DNA of 64,000 nucleotides from Hemiscyllium ocellatum (taxonomy: Eukaryota): positions 15,934,001 to 15,998,000 of the forward strand of contig NC_083417.1 in NCBI RefSeq assembly GCF_020745735.1, in the 5' to 3' direction. This document shows positions 13,916 through 26,005 of this stretch, piece by piece. The stretch's first letter is position 1. Every line of letters begins with the position of its first letter. Under the pieces are notes generated by a model. That model saw only the letters and a list, made by a program, of their open reading frames with translations, ran no database searches and was not told the DNA's origin. A program made the position numbers and the translations under genes.

Positions 13916-14969
13916 AAATACGGACTATCTTTCTCTTTACTTTTTATATTCGTGTTCATACAGATTAGGCTCAGTTATATATGGAAACCAAGTTGTTGCC
14001 AAAACACTAACAGTTGGGATAATGACTGCTTTGTGTGGATCACTAACCATCATGAAGCTAACTGTACCCAGCGTGAAATCTTTTAATGTTGCCAAAGCTG
14101 CAGCTGTTAAAGCCCCTCTCCTCAGGATGCAGCGGTAACGCAACTAGACTTGTATTCTAGAATGACAGCAATGTGGTTGTTTCTTAACTACCTTCTGAAA
14201 TGACGTATCATGCTACAGTATTCAGTTGAAGGGCAAATAGGCATGAACAACAAATGCTAGTCTTACCAGTGGCATTCACATTCCATGAAATAGGTTTAAA
14301 AACTGTCAAAGTAAGTGGTGTTGAGCCATCAGAAGATCAAAACCTGACCAGTTGGGGAACTGAGATGAACTGACAGTCTGTACAGAATTTATAGGTGTCT
14401 CTTGTGCTGCAATGATTTTATGATCCTTTTTAGATAAATGACAATAGTCTGATTTGTTATTCTAAATTCAATGCATTGTGAGGTGGTGGTGGCTGGTAGG
14501 TGCATGCATGGATGAGAAGTTAAAATATTTCAAAAGAAAATCAGGATTGATTCAGTGGATGCAGCTATGAATAATTGAGGACAATAAGCCATAGCAACAG
14601 AAACCCATCATTTGGGACCATCAAGTGTGCTCCGCCATTCAATGAGATCAACGATCTGAAAATTAGCAACTCTACTTTCCTGCCTTGTACCCATAAATTG
14701 ATTCCCTTACTGATGAAGCATCTATCCTTCTCATCCTTCAGTATACTCAATGACCCAACAGGCTCCTACAGTAAATAATTCTATCGGTTGACTATTGTCT
14801 GAGAGAAAGATAATCGTCCATCTTTATTTTAAATGGGCAGCCCCTTGCTCTGAGATTATGCCTCTGGTCCTAAATTCTTCAACAAAGACAAACAACTTCT
14901 TTGTATATAGAAGGGTTTATGCCTGAAACAGCGATTCTCCTGCTCCTCTGATGCTGTGTTGAATGTAGA

Positions 14970-16330
14970 GTCACAGTCATAAAGCATGGAAACAGACTCT
15001 TCAGTCCAATTCGTCTGCACAGACTAGACATCTCAATCTGGCCTAGTGTCATTTGCCAGCATTTGGCCCAAATCCTTCTGAACTCTTCCTATTCATGTAC
15101 CCATCCAAATGCCTTTTGAATGTTGTAACTGTATCTACCTCAACCACTTCCTCTGGCAGCTCATTCCATGCATGAACTTCCCACTGCATGTAAACATTAG
15201 CCTTCAGACCCTTTTTAAATCCTTCCTCCCTCACCTTAAGCCCATGTCCTCCAGATTTGGACGCCCCCATCCTAGGTAAAAAACATTAGCTGTTCACCCT
15301 ATCCATTGTCCCTCATGAACTTCTAAACCTTTATAATGTCATCCATCAGCCTTTGACGTTCCTGGGAAGAATATCTGACTATTCAGCCTCAATTCTTATA
15401 TTCAATGTTCTGACCAACGAAAGGTGCTATTCGCCACCCTGTCTACTTGCGACTCCACTTTTAAGGAACAATGCACCTGTACACCCTGTCTTTGTTCTGC
15501 AACATGCCCCAGAGCCCTACTACTAACCATATAAGTCCTGCCTGGGTTTGCCTCATCAAAATGCAACATTTCACATTTATCTAAATTAAATTCCATCTGC
15601 CACTCTTCCGCCCACTGGCCCACCTGGTCCCATTGTATTCTTCTTCACTATCCACTGCACCATCTATTTTAGTGTCCTCTACAAACTTACTAATCATGCC
15701 TCCTCTACTCACATTCAAAACATTTATATTAATGACTAAAAGCAGTAGATCCAGCACCAATCCTTGAGGCACACTGCTGGTCACAGGCCTCCAGTCCAAA
15801 AATCAACCCTCTCCCATTATCCTTTGTCTCCTACTTTAGACTTGCAGGCTAGCTTTTTGTGATTCAAGCATAAAAACCCGAAATCCCTCTGCGGAGCAGC
15901 TTTTTTCGGTCTGTCCCTATTTAAATAAAATGCATCTCACTTCATCCTGCCAAAGTGCATAATCTCACATTTTTCCCCATTATTTTCCACGTGCCAAGGT
16001 TTTGCCCATTCATGTAACCTGTCATAGAGTCATGGAGCTGCACAGCATGGAAACAGACTCTTTGGTCCAATTCGTCCACGCCAACCAGATAAATAAATTA
16101 ATCTCGTCTCATTTGCCAGCACTTGGCCCATATTCCTCTAAAGCCTTCCTATTCATATATCCATCCAGATGCCTTTTAAATGTTGTAATTGTACCAGCCT
16201 CCACCATTTCTTCTGGCAGCTCATCCCATACATGCACTACCCTTTTTTTTAAAGGTCACCCGTTAGGTCCCTTTTCAATGTTTCCCCTCGACCTTAAACC
16301 TATTCCCTCTAGTTTCAGACTCCGCCCTAC
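14970..16330 (-). mobile_element. CR1 LINE 3' fragments
   Basis: RT C-terminal remnants (WRPVTSSVPQG, SKFVEDTKI, WAEEWQMEFNLDKC, WNELPEEVVE) and CR1 tails. Confidence 0.8.
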
Positions 16331-16471
16331 CCCCTTGTGTCATTCACACTATTTCTCTTCCCACCTATATTTGTGTAATGTGCAACTTGACAATTATGCA
16401 TTCACTTCCATCATTCAACTCACTAATGTATATTCTAAATGATTGTGGCCTTACAACTGATTCCTGTGGCA

Positions 16472-16746
16472 GAGCTGAAAATGTGTTGCTGAAAAAGCGC
16501 AGCAGGTCAGGCAGCATCCAAGGAGCAGGAGAGTCGACGTTTCAGGCAAGAGCCATTCTTCAGGAATGAGGAGAGTGTGCCAAGCAGGCTAAGATAAAAG
16601 GTAGGGAGGAGGGACTTGAGGGAGGGGCATTGGAAATGCGATAGGTGGAAGGAGGTTAAGGTGAGGGTGATAGGCCAGAGTGGGGGTGGGGGCGGAGAGG
16701 TCAGGAAGAAGATTGCAGGCCAGGAAGGTGGTGCTGAGTTCGAGGG
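16472..16746 (-). mobile_element. PLE pLTR, family A
   Basis: pLTR sequence with a hammerhead-like core, flanked by the 11-bp duplication ttcctgtggca (16461-16471 and 16747-16757). Confidence 0.8.
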
Positions 16747-17049
16747 TTCCTGTGGCACTCTACTATTACAAATTGCCATTCTGAAAATGCTCCCATTGTA
16801 ATATTAAAAGATTAAATGGGACCATCTCTCTGGACATTAATGTAATATTAAAGAGTTAAACTGCACTGACTGACTGTTCTGGAAGTGGGTGGGGACAACA
16901 TTCCTGCAGAAATGCGAATGATTCCCACTCCATTTAGACAGTCATTTGCTAGTACTCCTCCTACTATTATCAAATTAACTATCATTTAATCTCTTCCATT
17001 CAGAAATGCTTTCTAGCCATCCCCGAAGCTAGGTATATCAAACCTACAT

Positions 17050-17417
17050 TGTCTCGGGGAATCACTGAGTCAGGAGATCATCTGCATAATGATTCCCCAG
17101 GATTAGAACATTTATATTTGCATTATCTCAGAAGATGATCTCATCCTACCATTGTACCTGGGGTAACGTGACTGTGAGGGAATGGCTGGGGTTTGTCTTG
17201 AGTGGCATGTGACTATGGGGGAGTGGCCAGAGGATCTGTAAGCATTCCAACTGACCTGTATAAAGGGGATGTATTTGTTTGGGGTCTCTCTTCTAACTCG
17301 AAGAGTATCAGAGGGGTCACCTGGCTTGTACAAACTTTATTAAACTTTAACTGTTTGCAGAAGTTGGCATGTGAGAATTGCATCTCGTGTGTGAAACCTC
17401 GGGAAAAGAACCTAACA
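17050..17417 (+). mobile_element. Solo LTR
   Basis: TG...CA termini, near-TSD acat/ccat, TATAAA at about 17259 and ATTAAA at about 17339. It also contains an AP-1 site (tgagtca) and an octamer (atttgcat). Confidence 0.6.
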
Positions 17418-19760
17418 CCATGATCCCAAACTCTTTCTTCTGTTTGGTTAATCAATCATCTATTTGCTGATATACTACCTCCAATCCATGGATTCTTATA
17501 AATAGTCTTATGCTTATTCCGAATGCTTTTCAGAAATCCAAATAGATTTGCTTTCACTGAGTAGCACTGGAATGTACGAATGTAAGAAACAGACAAGAGT
17601 AAGCCATTTAACCCTTTGAGCCCTCGCCATCATTTAATGAGATTGTGGCTGATCGTCCACTTCAAAACCATTTTCTTGCACTATCCCCCGTATCCCTTTG
17701 TTTTTAATAGGTTGAAATCTGTCGATCTCAGACTTGAAACTAAGCAAAGATTGAGCCTCCACAGCCCTCTGGAGTAGAGTTCCACTAATTCACCTTCTCT
17801 GAGTGAAGATATTCCTCTCCACTGTGGTCTTAAATGTCTTACCCCTTCTTTTGAGTTAGTAATACTGAGAATGGCGAACTTGAAATGAATTTGATAACTT
17901 ATCTGTAACAGGATCTACCTAAATTCTGCAATTATCAAATTTTACTTAGGCTGAATAAAGTTTAATCTCTGCCACCAACGTGGCCAATGTTCCAATGTTT
18001 ACCTAGCAGAGTTTATCAAAAGTCAATCGAAATTCAAATATACTACAGTTTACATGACAAGCATTATACAGCTTAATAGAACACAATGATTGATTTACAA
18101 CAGGCCTGATGATTATCTGGTCTTTTCCAGCCATAATTTATACTTGATTGTTTGAAGGACTGAAAGTTAAAGGGACCAAAGACTTCCAGTGCCTGTGGAA
18201 GAGCAGTCCAAGATCAGTTAATAAAGTAAGTAGAAAATAATAAGTTATGAGAACTAACAGTAGGCAATGTGGTCCATTGAGGTTGTATGCTATTCAATAT
18301 GATCAATATGGTTGAACCTCTACATCAATTTCCATTTTCCCTTCAATACCCAAGAATTGATTGATCCTATCCTCGGATATGCAGATTGACTGAGTATCCA
18401 CCAACTCCTCTGATAAAGTATCCCAAACATTCACAATTTTTCCTTTTCTCAGTCCTACATGATTGGCCCCTTATCTTTAGACAATGCTTCCTGTGCTAGA
18501 AGTTCCAGTCAGGCGAAATTGTTACTTTGCATCTATCCTATCAAAAGAATTTAAAATTTTTCAATGAAATTGCACCCTATCTTTCCATTTTGATTCCAGC
18601 AGATGTTATTACTGGACAATTCAGATCCCAGACTGAAATCTGAATTGACAGATTGTTTGGTTTTAATCGGGTATGCAATTTCACAAGTTTGCCTTTAAAA
18701 ACAAAACAGAATTTTATTATGCAAGAATAAATAAAACTGAATAAACCAAACCAGTTACACATAACACAAATTTAAAGATTTCCAAACACATGATGAAATA
18801 CCATCCTGTTAATCCCAAACACACTCTTTCACTGTACCTGCACTAGAGTTCTGAAAAGAGTCTTAGGACCCAGAATGTTAACTGTATTTCTCTCTCCACA
18901 GATACTGCCAGACCTGCTGAGTTACTCCAGCACTTTGTTTTTAATTTCAGGAAGAATTTCCCCCTCTTTCATATCTAAAGGTGGCTTTAATTCCCCAATT
19001 TAAAAATCTAATAGCTTTTTCCTGGAGCCTCCATATAACTGAATTAGACTTCCTCAGCTTCAAATTGCCTCTCAGGGTTTTAAACAAAAACCTCTGGTCT
19101 ATAGCATTCAAAATTAACTCCTTATACTGAGTAAAGTCTTTCTTAACAGTTCTGAAAGTCCCTCCCTTTTTCAAAAGTGACTGTTTTACACATCCAGCTT
19201 CAGCCAAGATGTTAGCAAATTGCCCCAAACTGAAACTAAAGAATTTTTGTGTTGAAAACTGAGCTATGAGTGTTTCCCCTATCCCCAAAGAAAACTGCAG
19301 AATTTTTGATCTGGAAGTTTAATATACTACACTGTTATCTTTGTTCATCAGTAAACTCTCCTAATGTGAACAAATTACCAATAGCCTTCCCTGAGAATCT
19401 CCCTCAGACTCCTATTTTAAAAGAAATCATCATAGCTAAAGAAATTTCTAAAATAATCACAAAAACCCTTTCATGCACACAGAAAATTCACGTGCCATTT
19501 TTTCAAAATTCAGGAATACAAAATAAGTGCGGTATATAAGTGTACATATATATATCTCATTAATCTTGCACCATGCTCTTAAACTCTGAAATATATAGGC
19601 CCAACCTACTCAATCTCATATTCATGTAAAATGTCCCATAAAAATTAAAAATGGTATATCAAAGGAAGTCAAAACTAATGTTAGCACTTTCACAGTGAAA
19701 ATATAATCTACCTAGACAAATTTAACAGAAAATGCTGAAATAAAAGGTTCAACCACTTAC

Positions 19761-19979
19761 TGCATCATCCCATCCATTACTAACAACGGTCTGATCCATT
19801 TGCTTTTGGTCGTCATCGTACGTTTCCTCACTAAGTCTGATGAGAACATCTATGAGTTTCCTTTCAGACTCCCAGGAATGCATAAAATGGGTAGGACTTG
19901 CCACTTTATTGTGTCTATAGAGAGCATCGGAAAATGTTATTTTTTCACACTCGATCATGTCTTCATCCTGAGATTCCAT
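19761..19979 (-). CDS. C16orf46: C16orf46 homologue, first coding exon
   Basis: ATG at 19979, MESQDED...SERKLIDVLIRLSEETYDDDQ...NGWDDA, then donor GTAAGT at 19760. An acceptor (cttcatttggcag) at 20012-20013 implies a further upstream non-coding exon. The intron is 4566-19760 and the joined CDS is 408 aa. Confidence 0.85.
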
Positions 19980-20399
19980 TTTCCAAGTAAGGTTTCTGTC
20001 AGGTTATTTACCTGCCAAATGAAGTGAAGCATGAGGTTAATCGTCTTACTTCATTCAAGTTAAAGCAAAATCATTAAATATTAAGTAAGACATTGTACTT
20101 ACTATTTAATGACATTATTTCACATATAATTGATATTGTTTGTTCCGTTTAAAAGAAGATGCCTTCTCAAAAGGTGGCAAACCTTTGAGTTGCAATCATA
20201 TAGAATAGTATGATGTAAACCACAAAGTTGTCCCATATCCATCAAAGAGACAATATGGTTTCAAAACCAAATAGATACAATATACTCTTTGTAAGTTCTG
20301 CCTGGCCAAATAATACACTATGCATGACATCGTATATCATGTTGTCTAGATATAACAATATATCATTTGACTTAGCATTGGTACTGCCACAGCATATCT

Positions 20400-21340
20400 G
20401 TTGATACATTTGTATAACAATTACTGGATGAAAAAAGAAGTGACATTATCCATTTCGGTAAGAAGAATGTATGCAGAATATTTCTTAAATGTAAAGGAGT
20501 TGGAAAGTATAGGCATAAAAAGGAACCTAGGTGTCCTTGTTGATAAGTCATTGAGGCTAACGTGGAGGTGCAGCAAAGTTCAGGAGGCTAATGGAATGTT
20601 AGACTTTATTGCAAGAGGCGAAAGTGAGGAACGCAGATGCTGGAGATCAGAGTCTAGATTAGAGTGGTGCTGGAAAAGCACAGCAGGTCAGGCTTTTGCC
20701 CAAAACGTCGATTTTCCTGCTCCTCGGATGCTGCCTGACCTGCTGTGCTTTTCCAGCACCACTCTAATCTAGACTTTATTGCAAGAGGATTTAAGTACAG
20801 GAGTAGTGAAGTCTTGCTTCAATTGTATAGGAGCTTCATTAACCTGTACCTGGAACTATGTATAGTTTTGGTCTCCTTTTCTGAGGAAAAATGTTATTGC
20901 CATTGAGGGACAGCAACAAAGATTCACCATACTCGTTCCTGAGATGGCAAGACTGTCCAATGAAGAAAGATTGAGCAAACTGGATCTGTTTCTTTAGAGT
21001 TTTGAAGAATGAGAGTGATCCCATTATGTCTACAAAATATTTACAAGTGTAAAGGGTACATGCAGGTAAGATGTTTCCTCTAACTGAGGAATCTAGAACT
21101 GGGGGCACAATTTAAAATTAAGGGGATGACTCTTAGATCTGAGATGAGAGGAGACATCCTTGCTCAGAGGATTGTGCACTTCTGGAGTTCTCCCCACAGC
21201 GAGCTGTGAAATTGACAGGTTTCTGATTACCAATAATTGTATAGGATTTTGAGAATGGAGTGGATTAAAGGCAAAGCAGTGATTGATCAGCCATGATTGA
21301 CAAGCTGAATGGCCTATTCCTGTTCCTATGATCCTAAAGA
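20400..21340 (+). mobile_element. CR1 LINE 3' fragment with a nested fold-back PLE mini-element (about 20620-20775)
   Basis: CR1 RT C-terminal remnants. The nested element is flanked by a 19-bp duplication, tagactttattgcaagagg (20600-20618 and 20770-20788). Confidence 0.8.
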
Positions 21341-22520
21341 TCAAGATCTATCTAGTTGTCTCTACATATGAGCAAGGAAGAGGATGGAAATAAGAGAACA
21401 ATTAAAAATAACTGTCTATTGTGTCTACTGGCTTCCAGTAACCATCAGTTAAGTTATTCTACCAATCACATTAAGGTAAGTGAATATAAGTCATTGAAGA
21501 TATAGTGGACCATGTTAAAGGAGCAGACAGAGGAAGGATGCTACACCACAAACACAGATACAGGCATCATCACCAGTGACATGGAGTATGGCCATTTGTT
21601 GGGACAATATCTGATTAGAGAGATCTAACAAGGAGTTTTAAGAAAGATCGATACTAAATTGAGAAGACATTTAGAGATGAGGAAGGAGCTTGAACGTGTA
21701 GTGTAATTTGAGCAGATCATCTCCTCATGACTTTTAATGGCATTACCATTATTGAATAGTCCCAAGTATCAACCTGGGGGTTATGACTGACCAGAAACTG
21801 AACTCGACCAGTGCTTTAAATACCGTGGCTACAACAGCATGTCTGAGGCTAGGAATTCTGCAGTGAGTAGCTCATCTGCTGTCTCTTCAATGCTTGACCA
21901 CCACTTACAAGATACATGTCAGGAATATAATGTAATAACTCCACTTGCCTTAATGGATACAGCTCCACCAACACACAAGAAGCTTGACACCATCCAGGAC
22001 AAAGTAGCCTACTTGATATATATCCTATTTTCAACATTTATGCCTTTCATCACCAATGGACAGTGACAGCAGTATGTATCATTTACAAGATGCACGTAAC
22101 TAACCTAATGAGTTCACATCCCACACTTCAATTTTTGGGATTTAAATTCAATGAATAAGTTCTGGAATTGAAACCATTGATGTAATAAAAGCTACCTGGT
22201 TCATTAACACCCTTTAGGACTCCAGAACAACAGAAATGTGTTTGATTTTAGGAAGGCTCTTAGTTCAAGGACAATTAAGGATGCAAAAGGAAAGTATGGT
22301 GGAATGTTTGCTGAAAAGAGTAAAGCAGTCATCTGTCTCTTTTGAGAACAGCCCCATGATCTGGTAAGACTCAAGCTGTCGCACCTGCCGAGAGCCTGCT
22401 GGAAAACGAGCCCGCAGCCCATCTGGGTGTTCAGGGAAGTACAGGCCACCAGGTCTGATGGCAGAACCAATCCTGGGAAAAGCATCACACCTCTTGCCAG
22501 GAAGGCTTGAAGAAAGCCTT

Positions 22521-22835
22521 GGGCGGCACGGTGGCACAGTGGTTAGCACTGCTGCCTCACAGCGCCTGAGACCCGGGTTCAATTCCCGACTCAGGCGACT
22601 GACTGTGTGGAGTTTGCACGTTCTCCCCGTGTCTGCGTGGGTTTCCTCCGGGTGCTCCGGTTTCTTCCCACTGTCCAAAGATGTGTGGGTCAGGTGAATT
22701 GGCCATGCTAAATTGCCCGTAGTGTTAGGTAAGGGGTAAATGTAGGGGTATGGGTGGGTTTCGCTTCGGCGGGTCGGTGTGGACTTGTTGGGCCGAAGGG
22801 CCTGTTTCCACACTGTAAGTCTAATCTAAAAAAAA
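22521..22835 (+). mobile_element. HE1 V-SINE, young full-length copy
   Basis: CpG-rich near-consensus copy with a ctaatctaaaaaaaa tail and TSD aaagcc(t/c)t. Confidence 0.92.
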
Positions 22836-23271
22836 GCCCTGTAATGAGGCAACACTGAACTTTGAGGGCTGTTTCTATTCAGTCTGAGACATTCCAGGGG
22901 CTTGCACTGAGTTGAGGGTTGCCAGGTGACCATTGAATACCTTTCGACATTCAAAGTAGTGTCTCACCCATTCGGTAGGATTCGCCATCAACATTCTGTG
23001 ATTTTGCAAGAAAGCTCATGTTGACTCCAAGGGGAAGTGATGATCTTTAACGTGCCTGTTGCCACACTTAGACTCGATAATGGAAGATGCCACCCAATCA
23101 GCTGGTAGCTATGTTTGAATCCCTCCTGAATTTTGTTCCCACATTCATTCTATTACACAAAGGCATAATCCACCTCTTTGTGATTTCTGCTTTACTTTCT
23201 ACCACTCATTAACTTATGCTAAATGCCAACACCAACCTTTATTCACATGTTTTACACAATAGCCCTATTAA

Positions 23272-24391
23272 AGTGGCTCAGTAGCTAGCATTACTGCCTC
23301 ACAGTGCCAGGAATCTGGGTGCGATTCCAGCCTTGGGCGATTGTCTATATGAAGTTTGCATATTCTCCTTGTATCTGCATGGGTTTCCTCCATGACTCCT
23401 TTGTTAGGTCCACGCCCTCCACCAACCCAACCTCCATTTGCAGCACCTTCCACTGCCACCACAAGAAGTGCAAAACCTATGCCCAAACCTCCTCCCTTAC
23501 CTCTGTCCAAGACCCCAAAGGATCCTTCCACATCCAACAGAGATTTACCTGTACTTCCATACACATCATCTACTGTTCTGTTGCTCTCTAAGTGGTCTCC
23601 TCTACATTGGGAAGACAGAACACCAACGTGTGGAACATTTCAGAGAACATCTTTGGGACACATGCACTAAACAACCCTACCATCCTGTGGTTGAATACTT
23701 TAACTCCCCCTCCCACTCTGGTAAGTACATGCAAGTCATCAGCCTCCTCCACTGCCAAACTCTGGAGGAAGAATGCCCCATCTTCTGCCTTGCGATCCTC
23801 CAACCACATGGGATCAATATAGATTTCACCAGTTTCCTCATTTCCCATCTCCCCCACCATATCCTAGATCCAACCTTCCAACTCAGCACTGTCCAACCTG
23901 TCCATTTTCCTTCCCACCTATTCACTCCACCCTCCTCTCCGACATATCACCTTCACCCCCACCCTCATCTACCTATTGCATTCCTAGCTACCTTGCCCTC
24001 AGTCTCACCCCCTCCCATTTATCTCTCAGCCCCCTTGAGCCACAAGCCTCATTCCGGATGAATGGCTTATGCTTGAAACGTCAATGCTCCTGCACCTCGG
24101 ATGCTGCCTGACCAGCTGTGCTTTTCCAGTTCCACACTCTTCGACTCCGATCTCCAGCATCTGCAGTCCTCACTTTCTCCTTTCTTCCCACAATCCAAAG
24201 ATGTACAGGTTAGGTGAATTGGCCATGCTAAATTGGCCATGGTGTTCAGGGATGTGTAGGTTAGGTCTATTAGTCAGGGGTAAATATAGGATAATAGGGT
24301 AGGGGAATGGGTCTGGGTTGGTTACTCTTCGGAGGGTGTGTGTGGACTTGTTAGGCCAAAGGGCCTGTTTCCACACTGCTGGGATTCTATG
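23272..24391 (+). mobile_element. HE1-type SINE split by a PLE 3' fragment (about 23390-24180)
   Basis: SINE head and V-domain at 23272-23390 resume at 24180-24391. The insert has GIY-YIG remnants (LLYIGKTEHQRVEHFREHLWD). Confidence 0.85.
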
Positions 24392-24747
24392 AACGGGCCT
24401 GGGTCCGTTCCCTGGAACAAGACAGTCAGGAGGAGAAGAAGCCAGCGTGTACTCTTGGGGCAGCTCGGTCACCCCGGATTATTTTTTTTTAACCTTTTTG
24501 CTGATAATGAGCCCAGGAAGATAGAGACTATGACTGAGTGAAAGTGTTAAAACCTGACAGAACCTTGTGGGAGGTAAATTGCTGGAGAAACTCAGTGGGT
24601 CTGACAGTACCTGTGGAGGGATGACAAAGTTAACAGTATGACCCCTTTCTTGAGAACTGTTGGGGGGGATTGTAATCGAGGTGAAAAGGAAGGGTAAGAA
24701 GGTTCCGACTCCAGCGTGAGGATGCACAAAGCTCTGCTAACTCCATG

Positions 24748-24887
24748 TAAAAAATGAGGTCTGCAGATGCTGGAGATCACAGCTGCAAATGTTCCTGATG
24801 AAGGGCTTATGCTCGAAACGTCGAATTCTCTATTCCTGAGATGCTGCCTGGCCTGCTGTGCTTTGACCAGCAACACATTTGCAGCTG
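24748..24887 (+). mobile_element. Young PLE mini-element (family A) with an intact minimal hammerhead
   Basis: CTGATGA-a-gggc ttat gctc-GAAAC-GTC at 24795-24822. TSD ctgctaactccatg (24734-24747 and 24885-24898). Confidence 0.85.
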
Positions 24888-25099
24888 CTAACTCCATGCC
24901 CCACCACACTAACAGTGAGCCTGACTTGCCTGTTCAGTTCATGTAATGTTCCACCCACATGCTTCAAGTGATGAATGATCATTGATTCGCAAACAAGAGT
25001 GTAGATGGTGGTGCTGAGGCTGGCAGCGAGCTCATTGTGTGTTCTCCCTCAGTCTGGGGGTGAGGAGGTGGGGGGCTGTGGGTTACAGAGAGGGAGAGG

Positions 25100-25399
25100 A
25101 TTGAGGAGACCATGAAGGGCCTGGATGAGAGCGGTTGCCATGGCAGCCAGTGTGCGGCCGGCCGCTGTGACGCAGGCCGGACGTGACGACACGCGACGCC
25201 GCCGCCCGTTCCTTCGCAGCGGCCGGAAGTGACGGCGGGGGAAATCAGCCGGTGGCGCACGATTCGAGAAGGTTCCAGGCGGAGTAGGCCTCAGGCTCGG
25301 GCGCGGAGTGAAGCCGTAACCGGAGGAGAGGCGCTGCGGGAGGGGGAGAAAAACACAACACACACGCGGGACGGCAGGCTTCCCCTCCCTCCGAGGGGA
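25100..25399. promoter_or_regulatory. CpG-island, probably bidirectional promoter (C16orf46 / MPLKIP)
   Basis: Abrupt CpG-rich segment with an RFX X-box GTTGCCATGGCAGC (25134-25147), ETS plus half-CRE CCGGAAGTGACG (25223-25234) and extra TGACG half-sites. It lies between the two divergent genes. Confidence 0.75.
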
Positions 25400-26005
25400 A
25401 TGTACAGGCCGAACTTCCGACCGTCCCGGACCGGGTTCCGGAGCCCGCCGCCAGGCCCAGGCCCGGGTGTGGGCCCGTTCCCCGGGACGGGACAGTCCGG
25501 AGGAGGCAGCAGCATGTACTCCTGGGGCAGCTCGGCCACCTCGCCCTACGGTGGGTGGCAGCCCCCTCGTGGGGTTTATGACAAATCGCCGCAGCAGCAG
25601 CAGCAAGGCCCGGGCTCGGGGTCTTTCCAGCACCGTTACCAGAGCCCGTCTCCCGGGCAGCAGCAGCAGCACGGTTTCAGCGGCGGAAGCAGCAGCCCCA
25701 GGCACCGGGGCCGATACTCCTCTCCCCCTTACCTTCAGCAGCAGCAGCACACACTGTCTCCGGGGCCTCAGACACACTCCCCCAGCCCGCACCATCGCAA
25801 ATACCAGGCTTCGCCCAGGACGTCCACCCCGTTCAGCGGCGGCGGCGGGGGCAGGTCCCCGGCGCCGGTGGAACACTACTACAAAGCCTCTATGCTGCAG
25901 GACCCCTGGGCTGACCTGGAGCCAGTCCTGGTCTCTGACATTCACCAGCAGTACAGCAGCCTGCAGACCCCCAGCACTGGCAAAGGACGGAGATACTTCT
26001 CTTAG
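25400..26005 (+). CDS. MPLKIP: M-phase-specific PLK1-interacting protein (TTDN1) homologue, 201 aa, single coding exon
   Basis: N-terminus MYRPNFRP, a G/P/S/Q-rich middle, the motif SPRTSTPF and the conserved C-terminus VEHYYKASMLQDPWADLEPV..SDIHQQYS...GRRYFS* (human [30 protein letters not shown]...KKGRYFC). Confidence 0.92.
   Translation: MYRPNFRPSRTGFRSPPPGPGPGVGPFPGTGQSGGGSSMYSWGSSATSPYGGWQPPRGVYDKSPQQQQQGPGSGSFQHRYQSPSPGQQQQHGFSGGSSSPRHRGRYSSPPYLQQQQHTLSPGPQTHSPSPHHRKYQASPRTSTPFSGGGGGRSPAPVEHYYKASMLQDPWADLEPVLVSDIHQQYSSLQTPSTGKGRRYFS

Noticed and set aside
25229-25399. N-terminal extension of MPLKIP given by the ORF track
   Set aside because: Starts at GTG inside the promoter motif. 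Homology begins at ATG 25400 (MYRPNFRP).
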